From Marsupella aquatica (Eukaryota > Plantae > Marchantiophyta), in the NCBI GenBank assembly GCA_973895155.1, contig OZ316893.1:20816955-20880954 (forward strand): a stretch of DNA of 64,000 bases. Direction: 5' to 3'. The notes below the pieces were generated by a model, which was not told where the DNA came from, ran no database searches, and saw nothing but the letters and a program-made list of their open reading frames with translations. Shown piece after piece: positions 10,557 through 23,829 of this stretch. The position numbers and the translations under genes are program-made. Position 1 is the first letter of the stretch. Each line of letters begins with the position of its first letter.

Positions 10557-11918
10557 CTGTGTGACCCGAAATATGCTGTGTACCCGAAATATGCAAAATG
10601 TGTAAAGATTGAGAAAACCCGTCACCGTCGAAAAACCGTCGGGGAAAAAGGAGGTCCCTTAAAACCTCAAATTGTGTCCCCGTCGCACTTGCGTATGTGT
10701 ATGCATAGGCGATGGGGGATTGCCGTCCCATGTGTATACCCCGGGCCCGCAGCCCTATGCAGATGACCGTCGGCGGCAACAACAAAATACGCAAGAAATG
10801 GCCGAAAAATGTGAAAAGGGGGCCCCCTTAAGTGTATACGTCGGGCCCCGGCGTGGACCCAGAAACTGACGGAAGGCACACGTCGACGGAGAAGAAAAAT
10901 CAGGTGGGGACCGGCAACCAAGCGAGTGTGTATACATCGGGGTGGAGGCCGGGAAGGAAAAGGGGCAGTCACGGCCGGGAAGAAATCGCATGTGGCAGGA
11001 TCGGGGGTTCAGTAAATGCAGGCACTGACAGTCCGGTGGCGAATGGAGAAGCGGAGAAACGGGCTCCTTTAATGGGCTCGAGCCCTGCATAGGGCTTCGC
11101 GCCCCCTCTCCTTATGAGCTCCCAAAGAGGTGGGGGCTACGAGCTCCCCCTCCCCTCTTAAATTCTTCATAGGGCCTCGTGCCCTCTCCCTCGCATGCTT
11201 GTGGCAGGGCTTCTCCAGGATTCCCGAAAATTTACTCCTCCCCACTTAATGCTACCTAAGGCTTGGTGGTCTCCCCCTTGCTGTCGCTCCTCCTCCTCCT
11301 TTAATGCTGCCTAGGGCCTTGAGCCCTCCTTTCGCTTCCCCCTCCCCCCTTAATGCTGCTGGATGGGCTCTGTGCCCTGCAGGAGGACTCCCGAGAGAGG
11401 GAGTCGAATGTACTCCCCCTCCCCCTTTTAATGCAGCATAGGGCCTCGTGCCCTCTCCTGGCACTCGCCCCCTTCCTCTCCGTGGCTTGTGCTCGGGTCC
11501 CCCTCCTTTACTCGCGCTTGTGCTCCTGCTCGGCTCCCCCTCTCCTCACACTTAATTAAATGCTGGCAGAAATGAGAGGGCACTATGCCCTATGCGCAGC
11601 CTGTGCAGGGCGTCGTGAGGCAACAAAATGGGCTCAACGGCAGCCGTGGCCGAAAAGTGGCAACAAACACAAAACGGCCCCAAAAGCAGTCGAGGCAACG
11701 GTCGATGCAACGTCGGCAGCAGCAGGTTGTGGCCGGAATGTGAAGGGCCAGCGGCCTACAAACCACGCGGGGGGGGGGGGGGGGGGGGGGAAGGAGGTCG
11801 TGCGGCAAACGACAGTGACAGTCGGAAGCAGCAAAGGAGTCGCGGATGCAACCGGAAAGGGAACTCCGGACCCCTTCGGAAGCATGGATATGTGTACACA
11901 CTAAGTATACACATAACA
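10557..11918. mobile_element. GC/CpG-rich insertion, possibly a solo LTR or unclassified element
   Basis: Abrupt compositional shift. Candidate 5-bp TSD ACATG (10552-10556, 11919-11923). Internal degenerate repeats (e.g. ATAGGGCCTCGTGCCCTCTCC twice) and a G22 run at 11769-11790. The left end carries an 18-19 bp duplication, so the TG...CA termini are not clean. Confidence 0.45.
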
Positions 11919-12900
11919 ACATGAACCCATAACTTTCATTCCGTCGTTCCAATGTTAGTCCAAGAAATTGCAATGGCTTCACCAAAAATTGTCAAAATTG
12001 CCATGAGCAATCTTCTTCCCCTCAACGTTATCTTGAGAGTTCTTCTTGAATAAAAGACGTAAGAGAAACAAACGTACTGAAATCGAATCGAAATCGGCGA
12101 GATGCCAAGATCGACCAGGAACATTTAACGAATCACTGTGTGAATCCCACACTGCCCACAATCGCAACAGGAGGATGAGGAGGAGGAGGAGGAGACCGAG
12201 TGGGTTCGTTCAGTGAAAAGCGTTGTCATGTGATTGATCTGGTTGCGAGTCCGCGCATGGGACCCGGTGGACTGGTTCGCTGGATGAATCTTCTCAGCTA
12301 CCATTTGACTTTGTGGGCGAGTGCATTATGGAGATCGTTCTGTGGGTCACAGTGTTTTCCACGGTGCGTGGTCGGGCTCCACCACCAACCAAGGTCTCCC
12401 TCTCGTGCTCTCCATCTCAGTCGCCGCTTGGCTTCGTGTCGACTTTCAATCATCCTGCAACACAATGCCCTGCGTGCCGTGTATCGTCAAGCAACAGGAT
12501 GGTAAAAGACATTCTCAGTCAGGCGCAGGAAGTCCAAATCTGGGACTGAGATTCGACTCAACTTTGTAGGTGAAATCTGACCCCGAGCGGAGGCTACTAG
12601 GCAGGTCATAGGAGGTTCGAGGGCAATCTAGCTGTGCTCATGAGGGAGGGGGTCGAGTAGCTGCAAATCGATTACTGGTCTGGAGGGTCCGGCCGCACAA
12701 AGCCGCGACCGATTCTTGCTCGAACATGCTGACATTTGGCCTTGGATGCACTTTTGTTGCCTCGTCCTGGCGGCTGCAGTGTATCAGTGTATGTAACTCA
12801 GCACTGTGAACGTTTGCCTCGGATTTTTTTCAGGTGACTCAACCGCTAATCTTGGAACATAATATTGACATGGAAAAATCCGATACACAAATGAACCCTC

Positions 12901-12954
12901 CATCGATTGTGCATTCCCCCATTGATTGTGCATTCCCCCATTGATTGTGCATTC
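12901..12954. repeat. 19-bp tandem repeat, ~3 copies
   Basis: (CATTGATTGTGCATTCCCC)n. Confidence 0.85.
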
Positions 12955-13642
12955 AGTCTGTTTTGGTCGACCCGCTATGTCAACAGCTCAACCTAATTTG
13001 GACAATTGTGTGCCAGAAATATACAATAGTAGCGAGCAAACAACAAAACTTATGGCACAGAAGTATTCTAGAATACGATTCCGGGTGGTCAAGCTTTGTT
13101 TTCAGTTAGCTTGATCCATCGATTCGGCGAGTTACACAGAAACTGGAGACCAATGTAGATGTTACCCATATGTTTGGCTGTAACAAGACAGATCGTCCTC
13201 GCAACTGCTTGGTTGAAAAGCCTTGAAAAGCACGGAACAATTCTGAATTTGTGCCTTGAAGTCAAGGTGACTGTTCTGATATTAAGGATGGCAAATTTGC
13301 AGTTTGATGCGGTCTAAAACTCCGTCAAATAACCAAATACCAAATCTCGACTCATCGATACTGCCTTCATTACTTTGGAAGGGGATTTGCGCGTTCCCTC
13401 ACGTGCACATCTTGTCACGGAAGGGCACAGGAATCTAAAGTTCCCGAGACAGAATCAAGCGTATGACGCATTGCATCTTTTTCTCCCCATCCTTCCCCTT
13501 TCCAGGAACACACGAATTGTTTGCTTCTTAAGGTTTGTTGATACATACTTTAGTGACTAATTTAGTGTGACTTTCTCGCTACCGATCAACTCTCCCCCAA
13601 AAGGTAAAAAACGCAATTAATTTCTATAGGCTCTCAATGTTT

Positions 13643-16600
13643 TTACGAATACGCCATTTCTTGCAATACGTCCATAGTCACTCTGCGGATCTGCACCACA
13701 CTCTTACTGTTAGACAAGAAACTCAACTGCAGCAGAAGCAGATTACCCAAAGGAAAGGAACTACAAGTCACCCGTCAATGGAAAACACGGTAACCTCGAC
13801 CATCCTGAGGTTTGAAGATTACCCATTCCAGCTGTTGCACAGTTACCCCTACTGCTGTCTTACTTTCATACATCCCTGCAAGCAGCTGAAAGAACCAACA
13901 TTCGCGATTAATTCAGACAAAGCCTAAGGGTAAAACAGAATCGTTGGGGCATCCCAGCGAAAACATAAGTAAAGACCTGTCATCTCTATATATTCTTGTT
14001 GTTTACTCCAAAACACGTGAGATACGTGTGCGGGAACCCACTTTGGCTTCATAGTGGCAGAAGTACCTTTGTCAACGTTTCTAAAAAAATGCCAGGTCTT
14101 ACTGGGCGGAGTGCCTCCTCAGTGGCCTTCGTTCCCTGGATGAAAATATTATCAGTGGCGCGCGCGGACACACGAATACATGATGTACAGAATATGCATG
14201 ATCAACATTTTGAGAAGGCTAAAATCCTAAAACAACCCGAATATATGGGTTCAAGAATAATCTTAGATCAAGACAGAATTAAATTTGATCTGAACAGACA
14301 TCAATGTTTTTTCACAAGAATGCCTTAAAGTTACCTTGACAGGCGTATCCTTGCTAACGTTGACATATCTTTTTTTGGGACGGGGCTGGCTTTCCAAATC
14401 TTCAGCAGGTTTCTCTTTACCCTCATCATTTCCGCGCATGACCTTATCCAACTTCTCGCGCACAGGTGGCCCTGGTTTCAAGGCCACCAGCTTTGATATG
14501 AAGGCCACCTACATGAAATCCGAAGGGCACCATCAGGCCTTGAATCAAAAGACTGATGAAGGTGCATACATTTTAATTCGTTGAACTGGACAGAACCAAA
14601 CAGTACCTACCTCAGGTTCTGGCAGATTCTTAAACCCCTTGTTGTCGTTCCGTTCATCCATAATGCCTCCACCCATCAGACTTCGGGCCTCTTCCCTCAC
14701 CAGAACCAGCTTTGCCAATAGTTTACGATCCGGAAGAAGAGGCTTTTCTTCCATTGTCTAACAATAGCCAACCATGTCACATCTTCTCATCATTTAGTCT
14801 TAAATAGTATGACTCGACCTACATGACACATGGGGAGGAGACCGAGCATTTCGATCTGAGAAAAAGCACAGCAGACACAAGTCCAAACATGGAGGAAAGA
14901 AGAATCGCATTTCAGAAAGACATCTGATCCAGATTTTCTTGTGTCCTCAGAACGACGTCAATTTATTTGTGGGGCCTCGCGAAACAAAATTGGGGTCTTA
15001 CCGAAATGATGTCATCTGCTTGATTAGCTACGTCGTTTAAATTTGCACCCGGGAGTTTGATGTCGTCTCCTCTCTCTGTCTTGAAAGTTCCACCACCACC
15101 AGCACACCTCCGCAGTATCTCTTGGCGGGCATCTTTGCATGGCGTCACGCAGAGAGCACTCACAACTTGTACCTGTGTTAGCATGAGACAACGGATGAGC
15201 TCCAACCAGACGAGCAATTGATTTTATCGAACATGGGATACAGGGTAGAGAGTAATCATTTCAATTGCTGTGAATCTACAATACTTTGCATATGTTCACC
15301 AAAGGCAATAGTAAATCAGCAGACTGACCTGCGAAGGGAATTTTTTGGAGAGTTGTCCCATGACAGCCTCTCTTATCACCTCCAGAACTCTTTTCTTCTG
15401 TAACAGATAGAGCAATACATGTCAGAAAGTCGTGTTCCTTTGGAGTCACGGAGGATCCAGGCACCAACTGGGCGTGTACACCTTCGATATGAACCGCATA
15501 AAAACAAGAGTGTTAGGTAAAAGTGCAGCGCCAGGATAATTTCCGAATTACACATTTGAGCAGTTCTTCACCCAACAGGTCTCGTTCAATTAATTCAAGC
15601 CATCTTTTAACAAATATGTTAAAGCAATGCCGAATTGGTCCCATTAGCTTCGATTGAGAAGGAGGAAATGGAGGTAGGAATCCAGCGACAGAAGAAAAGT
15701 AGCCCGCAATTCTAAAATCACCTGAACATGATGTCAGGGAAGGGTGGATAGAGTAGTGTGAAGCAAGGTTGAAGTAGGCGGACAAGTCACACAGAGACCT
15801 GGTCATCTTTCTCTTTTACTGACTGGTCCATCATCCAATCCAGAGCCATCATAAAGTTCCCTTCCAGCCTGCCTAGCTTCTGGCCGACGACACCCGCTGC
15901 TGCCATTCGAACTGCAGCTTCCTCGTCTTCTTTGCTGATGCCCGCTATGTCCTCAAGCTGCACAGGAAAACGAAATTCTATAGAGTGAAAATATGACTCG
16001 AGAGAAATCAGTTGACTTGAAAGATAGAAAATGGGAGCAGAATTTGTGAGGACCTCATCACAACTCCAGAAAGTTGTCTGTCAACAGGTAGGCTCGTACA
16101 GAGTAGGAAAAAGATAATGTAAGCTACACAGGCTTTCTGGACTAAACCCCTAAACACTAAACCCTAAACCTGAGTAACCCCATCGATGGTGGATTTGTAA
16201 ACAATCTTAAGAACGGGAATAAAATTTCTGAGGATCACCTCACAACTCCCAAAAGTTGTCTGTGAATAGGTAGGCTCAGAAAAGATTGAAAGGACTAAGA
16301 TACTGCCAGCTGCATGGTCAAGACGCTAAACCCTAAACCCCCAGTAACCCCGTGGATAGTGAAAATGAAAACAAGAGCTCAGAACAACGAGAAGCAGAGT
16401 AAGAGAATGTATAGTTAGCCGAAGAATACAGGTACAAGAGTGTCACATAGCTCACAAAGCAAAACTAGTACCATAATCAAGCAAGGACGATAGGAGGCAA
16501 AAAGTAGACAAGCAAACGAGGAGAGCAGATTGCAAACCAGTTCAGCCATCTCCTTCATCATTTCCGTTACTTCCTCCCCACCCCGCATCAGCGCCTGATA

Positions 16601-16948
16601 CATCTTGTAATCGACTTTCTCTCGTTTGGCATTCTCTTGCGGCTCCGCTCTGAGCTCCCAATTCTTCGATCCCTTCTCCTTACTCCTATCCACAAAGCTC
16701 AGTGAAACAGGTTGACGGAAAGGACTCCCAACGCCATGTACAGATCTTAAGCCACTGATTACCCCAAACTCTGTACTCTGCATCACTCCACGACCTCTGC
16801 ATCCTGGAACCCTTCTTCTCCAAACCCCACTCCAGTCTATCGGAGAGCCAGAATACAATTTACAAGATGTCCGCCTCTCGAAGGACCCTAGAAAGGGCGA
16901 AGTAAGTAGTGGAGACCCCACTACGACAGCTGTGTGCAGGCTCGCCAT
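13643..16948 (-). CDS. PRDA1: PEP-RELATED DEVELOPMENT ARRESTED 1 homologue (plastid nucleoid protein), 9 exons
   Basis: Exons 16948-16538, 15957-15799, 15397-15329, 15172-15002, 14757-14611, 14508-14335, 14135-14067, 13885-13823, 13690-13643; all GT-AG and in frame. Motifs GGEEVT, FMMALD, PGANLNDVANQADD, PDRKLLAKLVLVREEAR, GGGIMDERND and PVRPGIFLET match my recollection of Arabidopsis PRDA1. Ser/Arg-rich transit-peptide-like N-terminus. Confidence 0.92.
16040..16370. repeat. Imperfect ~180-bp duplication in PRDA1 intron 1; each copy has short plant telomere-type (CCCTAAA) repeats
   Basis: TCACAACTCC..AAAGTTGTCTGT.AA.AGGTAGGCTC occurs twice; CTAAACCCTAAACC tracts at 16141-16170 and 16326-16341. 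Confidence 0.7.
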
Positions 16949-18439
16949 TCCTCTGTGACAATAATCTGAGAGACTTAAGAGAGACTGAAATAAGAAAGGT
17001 GAACAAAGACAATGTTGTCGCTCTCGCAGATTTGTTGCAGATACGAACTGTTCAGAAGTCAAGTCAACATTCACAGATAATACTAGGTCTTACTCCTCGG
17101 CCAATCTCCCTTAGAGCAGTGATTTCTACACGCATGGACTGTCTACACTCCATGTGTCTAGAAAATCGGGTAAACTGAGTCTAAGCTCGATGTAACACAA
17201 TTTAGCTCAAATCTATAGAGATATTGAATTCAACAGATTGCATTGAATTGGACAGAGTTGAATTGAGTTGTGTTGCATTGACTTGGATTGAATCGTTCTG
17301 GTTTGGGGTTGGTCAGCTGAGAACAGAGGAAAAGAAGGGGGCACGTAGTGTTGTGCAGATAGGCAAGCTGATTCCGAGTAACTGAACATTTTCCCTTTGG
17401 AGAGGGAGAGAGATGAGCTAGGATTCCAGACGTCCATGGCAGACCCCAAATGCAAGATTGCAAACTCAAAGCTACAGGGCTCATTTCAGGAGCGAGAGCT
17501 ACGATACCTGGAATATTTTTCGTTCTTTTCTTTGGAGATTGTTTCTAGAAATCAACCACGTCCCATTGACATTGCTCTCGAGCTCCTTCAGTGAGTGCCT
17601 GTGCGAAAAAAGAGCTAGTGGGTATGGAGACGAAACAAGAGCTAGTGGGTATGGAGAGCACCACCTCAAAGGCAGACCATGCTGTTTTTTGAAGTGTGGA
17701 GACAAGTAGGGCAGGGTGAGCAGAAAGCAATCCTAAGATGCAATCCTAAGATGGACCAGTCCAAAGAATCTTGTAACCTCTATGGACCTGGTTACTGTTG
17801 ATTGGAAATAACAACTTTTAAGTACCGAACCACTAAAGTTGTTTTAATTGACAATACTACCCTAGTTTTGTTGGTATTTACAAATATGCCATGGTTTGGT
17901 TATAGATGACAAGTTTGCCAAGGTAAGGAAGAGAACTATATATATGAAAACAAAACCCCAATATATTTGGGAATGCGTAATAGATGAAAAGTTTGCCAAG
18001 GTAATGAAGAGAACTATAGATGAAAACCGTAATGTATTTGTGAATGCAATAAAAACAGGGAAAATGTTGTAAATTCATTCAAACATCTTTAGTGATAATG
18101 TACTTAGGATAAAGTGCTATCTGATAAGACAAAGTTTTTGTGTGGTCCATCAGGGTATTTTTTCTCCACCTGGGCATCTTGTCAGACATTTATGTTCATG
18201 GGGGCTTCAATTTCATGTTAACTTGCCTCGAGGAGGAGAATCAAGTTGTTGTAAGAATATTACTTACCCAATTTAGTACACTTAGTTGTAGCCATTAAAC
18301 CACTACTAAGGGTATAAGAGGCTCCGCGTTACGTGGAGTGCTCATTCTGGACTGACTCCTCTTAGCAGCCATCGGATTTGCATTCGCCCCTATGCCTATT
18401 CTCAACCATTCGATGCGATGAAGGGCTCAAACGAAAGAG

Positions 18440-18960
18440 CTCAGGTCATGTGCAAACAGGGATGACACTAGGATGCCATCCAGTACAGTTGGGCTGGGTG
18501 TTCTACAGTAGTGATTGCACGGATGACACTATGGTAGTAAGCCAGCACATGTGGAGCGCATTCTGGTAACTGCGGGGATGACACTATGGTACAAACAAGT
18601 ACAGGTGCTGTGTGCATTTTGGTAAGTGCATAGAAAAGCAGCAGCCTAGGGGAAAAAGAACAACACTCAATGCTATAAAAGAACAACCGGGTTACTATGG
18701 TATGGAAAATCAGTCCAACATGTGAATTTAAATACGACACATGTCACAGTATATCATAGACAGCAGCTTTTTTATATGGAGTTACCAGAATGCGGTGCAA
18801 ACGGGGATGACACTTTGGTACTAACAAGTACAGGTACTCGGAAATGCAAAACACAAAATGGTACAAGATGCAAGATAATACAAAAGCACTGACAGGGTAG
18901 TACACAAGTACAAGGTATCTTGGAGCCCATGCATGTGTGGACACTAAGCAAACATGGTGA
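18440..18960. repeat. Degenerate repeat array, probably the interior of an old non-autonomous element
   Basis: Recurrent GGGATGACACTATGGTA and ACAAGTACAGGT motifs. Confidence 0.5.
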
Positions 18961-21252
18961 ATTGATAGTGTAAGAGTATACTTTCCCTAAGTGCACACTC
19001 CCTGGGACAAGCATTCAGTGTGCACTTAATTTCAGTTTGCACTACATGATAGGTGCAAAATGTGGTATTGTGCATTTCAACAAGAGCTAGAGTTCCTCCA
19101 TGTAAAACGGGCCCCTCTTTAGAGAACATTCTCCTGAATCCCATCCTCCCCTAAGTGATCCTCTTTTGCCTAAGTGAAAAGTTTATTCTTGGAAGTTATG
19201 CACTTATCACTAAGGATAAGTTGGTGCAATTGTGCGGTTACTGATAAGTGTTCATGTACATGTATCAAGGTTTTGCACTTATTTAGTTGTCATTTAGAAA
19301 AAAATTGCAAACAGGCCAAATAAGTGCAAAACTTTAGACAAAAAGAAGGGAAGAACATGAAACCTTGCTATATAAGTGCACACTCCATGTTTCATGTGCA
19401 CTTATGTAGCAATCTTTTTAATCTGTGTATGTGGAAAATAACCCTCCCATTGACCAAGCCCATGAACCAATGGACTGTGACGGCTTTAATTTACATCACT
19501 CGCTGACACCCTACTAGTTGTAATAAGTCATATTGGTGCACCGTTCTAGTACATGCCAAAATTGAACCAAATTTCAGGCTTATTCTATCTTAGAAAGTAA
19601 TATTTCTGTTACTTTAATTAAAGTAAGGTGGGTTTGAACGAAAATAAGGTGTGAGGGGGCATTGATTGCCCTTACAATGGTTGAGAGAGGCAGCAAGTGA
19701 GGTGTCAAGAAAGGAGATGGTTCCTCAAAGCATTCGATGCCATGTGACAAGGGGTGACAGGGGTGGCAAGATTGGAAGGGGTGCTTGATAGCTCTGGCTG
19801 AGGTGACAAGTGAGGTGACAAGAAGAGGGGCAGGAGAGGATGGGGAGGAGGCCTAAGTACTCACTGAATGCACAATTGCCCTTTTGGTAAAAAAAGCTGA
19901 GATACTCTACAGCAAGTATTTTCGTAGTGGTATGTGTGTGAGTGAAGGTGCATTTGAGCTTTAGTGTAAGGGAGTCCAATTCTTGGAGTAGGTATTTCAT
20001 CCAGGTATGTGTATTCAAACTCATTGAAGATGTGGCCATATGGAAACCATAAACTTAGGAAATAAAACCATTAGGAGAACTTAAAACAGGAGGTGTTCAT
20101 GTTATTTAGAATAGTATTGTTCTCTCGCTCATGAGGGGAGATTTGGGGAGAGAGTCTGTCAAGTGATAGACATTCCTTGAAATTTGCTACAGGGAGTAGG
20201 ATGCAGAACATTGAAATATCAAATTAGTGGGAAAGAAGAGCTCTAACATTTCAAAACTGTACGAGGGATGCTAAAATAATTCTAAATCTTTCAAGGAAAA
20301 TAATTCTAAATCTAAATAATACAAATGATGACCTTGTAGATTGAAAAAACCAATACACAACAGAAAGCCTGAATAGAAAAAATACTGAAATCTGGATTCA
20401 CCATAATAGCATCATCAAATTATCCAACCGAGTTGGCTTGTCTTGGCCCAATCAAACACAACTTAGAATATATTTGCAATCAGTCCAATATCTATAGTTT
20501 TCATGAGAACGGAGAGAGTTGTGAATTTCTAATAAAGACTCCATCACTCATTTGTTCACATTTCGTGCTTCTCAGCAAGTTTCTAGCAGCTAACTTGACA
20601 CTCAGTATCTCCCTTCATATCCAATGGTATCTGAATTTTATGGGTTCCTAGGAAACTACTTTAAAATATCTCCCCAATGAGCCTACTAGAGTCAAATTTC
20701 ATTGAGAACTGAGACTTACAAATTTCCAAAGATTGGGCTTGTTTTCTTGTCATATTTCATTCATCAGGGGTAATACGTACTATAAATGTGCAGAAATAAG
20801 GGTTTTGTATATTGCGGTCCATATGGGTTGTCCCTAGTCACCCTGGGTTTCTCCTAGATGACCCCTCACTTAAGAGCATTCCCACCGGCCCGTTAAATTG
20901 CCCAGCCCGCAACGACTTTAGTGAGAGGGGACCACCAACTCGTTTTTTATGCCCCACCGTAGCCCGCCAACACTAATTTTGAACATCGGGCCCGCCAGAA
21001 CTTGAGCGCGCTCCGCCAGAAATGATTGAATCTGGCGGGCGCCAAACTCCTCCGCCACTACACACCATCAAGGATCCACGGCAGATGTCGAACCATCTGG
21101 GACGATCTGGTCCAACTTTGGCCATTGATATTTTTGCCGAACGTGGTACGAAAGTAGAAGAAGTCCGAGGTGCACAGTGCTTTCTGGATCTCTGTGTGCA
21201 ACTGTTGCTCCGCGTGCTTGTCCTGTACATTCTTTCCTCGTGGACCTGCAGC

Positions 21253-22246
21253 ATGGCAGAATCAGGCAAATCTCGAGGGCAGAATTTTTCCAATGCCGAG
21301 CTGAAGCAACTGTCCACTTCTTGGATGCATATCTCGCATGATCCAATTGTTGGTGCAACGCAAAGGAATCAGGCATTTTGGGATCGTGTGGCTCAGCACT
21401 ACAACTCACATCGACCTCGAACAACACAGGAAAGAGGGGCAAGATCATTGGAGAGCAAATGGGGCGATTTGAAACATGATGTGGCAAAATTTTCTGGCAC
21501 ATATGCTACAGTGCTAGACCTGCGCATCTCTGGCGCAAATGATGAGGACGTTTTGACGAAGGCAAAGGAGCTATATGCTGCCAAGCATCCAAAGGGAAAA
21601 CAATTCCTCAACTTTGATTGTTGGGAGCTTCTGAAGGACTGCCCTCGATTTGCGATTACGGTGGACGACATGGCACAAAAAGGGAAGGGAAAGGGAAAGG
21701 GGAACGGAAGGGGGACAGTAGAGAAGGAGAACGCCCAGCCAAGCAGCACCGCTGGAGACATTATTGACAACAATGTAAACTCTTCCTCAGACACTACAAG
21801 CCCAGAAGAAGGTAGAAGCTTTGGGCAGGTGAGACCGATCGGCAACAAGGCTGCAAAGAAATTGAAAGCGAAAGATTGTTCTTTCAGAATTGCTGCTTAT
21901 GCACAACGTGACATGGCTTTACTTAATGCCAAGCGAATCAAGCTCATGGAGGAACAAAATCTTCAAAACCTGTTCACAATGAGAGCAGCAGATCTTGATC
22001 CAGAATGTCAAGAATATTAGGATCCAAAGAGCGAGGAATATGGAGAAGTTCAAAAAACAAATTGAGATGGAGGACCAGGCAGAGGCAGAGAATGCATCTA
22101 GGGCCATTCGAAGAACTGCCTCAAGAACAGCTCTACCGATTCCCCCTCACACGGTTCAGAACGATGGCCCCATTGTGCACTCGGTGGATGTGGCACAGTC
22201 GCCAGAATGTGACGAAGACTCTCACTCTGGCAGCCTAGCTACTTGA
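21253..22246 (+). pseudogene. Harbinger ORF1 (Myb/SANT-like DNA-binding plus NAM-associated region), frameshift at ~22018
   Basis: NFSNAELKQLSTSW..S.DPIVG..Q....FW.RV, CWELLK..PRF, RPIGNKAAK. The C-terminus continues in ORF 21995-22246 after ECQEY. Confidence 0.85.
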
Positions 22247-22480
22247 ATATTATTTCTTGAAGTCAATTGGAGCAGGAAATTTTAGTCAAGATTGGATTTT
22301 AGTTAGACTCCATCCACCAATGTCGACACTTTGATTTTGTACAAATCAATTGCTGAATAAAATTTGCAAGGCATGTACACGATACAAGTGTTGTCTGCTA
22401 TGTTTGTGCATGTCAATTCGTCGCTTTATTAAAGTGAGAATAGATTTGAAAATAAGATTGGAATTGAATTGCATGCTGCC

Positions 22481-23829
22481 CTATAAACAATCCTGGTTTC
22501 CTACGTATTCAAAACGATGCCCCTTTCCTTTCAAATCCCAAAGATGTGCAATGAGGTCATTCCTCAACATATAATGAGTTTCAGCATCTTTGATCACTCG
22601 AGTGGCAGCAAGGAACTGATACCAATCAGTATTCGGTAGTAATCTCCCTTGTCTAGAAACTGCTCTCTCACATTGATCCCAATCGGTAGGTAAATGCTCA
22701 TGTCTCTCATCCTCAATTATCATGTTATGAAGGATTACATAAGCTAGAAGGACATCCTTTATGTCATTTTGGTGGTGCATTCGAACTGGATTTCTCACAA
22801 TTGCCCATCTCTGTTGAAGTACCCCAAAAGCTCTCTCGACATCTTTTCGCGCTCCTTCTTGACACTTTGCAAACCATTTCTTTGCATCACCCTGTGGATG
22901 TGTGATTGTAGAAATGAATATGGACCAATCCGGGTAAATACCATCAACAAGAAGGTAGTAGCGGTGATACTGCCTGTCATTCACTGTGAAACCAATTGTA
23001 TCAGCTTCACTCCTCAGGAAATTATTTACTAAAGGTGAGCGATCCAAGACATTGAGGTCGTTATTGCATCCCGGGAGCCCAAAGTATGCGTGCCAGATCC
23101 ACAAGGATTGGTCTGCTATTGCCTCAAGCACAATAGATTTCTCATCGTCCTTATTTGTAAAAAGGCCCTGCCACCCAACGGGACAATTTTTCCAGATATA
23201 GTGCATACAATCCAAGCTAGCAAACATTCCAGGAAATCCACGGGCCTCATTGACATTGAATTGCTTCTCCATGTCAGCCCTTGTTGGTTGCCTTAGATAT
23301 TCAGCCTCAAATGCAATCCGAATTGCACGACAAAATCTTTTCAAGGACTCCATAGCCATGCTCTCTGCAATTCGACAAGAGCATCCCCAGAAATCCCAAG
23401 TGCAAGCATACGAATGGCAGCAATCATTTTTTGAATTGATGATAGACCAAGAACGCCTGCAGCATCTCTTCTTTGAACAAAGTAGACATCTGTCGCAATC
23501 ACTGCATTGTGAATTCTCCAAAAAAGGGGCTTTCTCATCCGATATCTCCTTCGAAAATGTCTGTCTGTGTAAATGGGATTCTCTAAAAAGTAATCTCTCC
23601 AGATACGTTCATGCCCCTTCTGTCTCTCTCTATCAAGATTTCTACTCTTTCCTGGCCTCGAACCCCCTCTACGATTTGCAACCCTATACTTTCTCTTGGC
23701 GTAGTCCATCAATGAGAGTGGCCCAGACATAATGATTTGCTCCCAGGCCTCCATGTCTTGATCAAAATCTCTCTTGCCCTCCTCAATCTGCTTCATCAAT
23801 TTTGTTCTCCATGATTCGAGTGAAGTCAT
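22481..23829 (-). pseudogene. Harbinger/Pong DDE transposase, frameshift at ~23375
   Basis: FRRRYRM, SLDCMH, NNDLNVL, LVDGIYP, RKDVERAFGVLQ, ILHNMI. ORFs 23341-23865 and 22481-23521 overlap in different frames at GDAL/CRIAES. Confidence 0.92.

Noticed and set aside
10401-12569. Many overlapping 60-130 aa ORFs
   Set aside because: Explained by high GC and low complexity; no domain signatures.
18400-18445. Hammerhead-like GATGA...GAAA spacing
   Set aside because: Lacks the CTGATGA core and the flanking helices.
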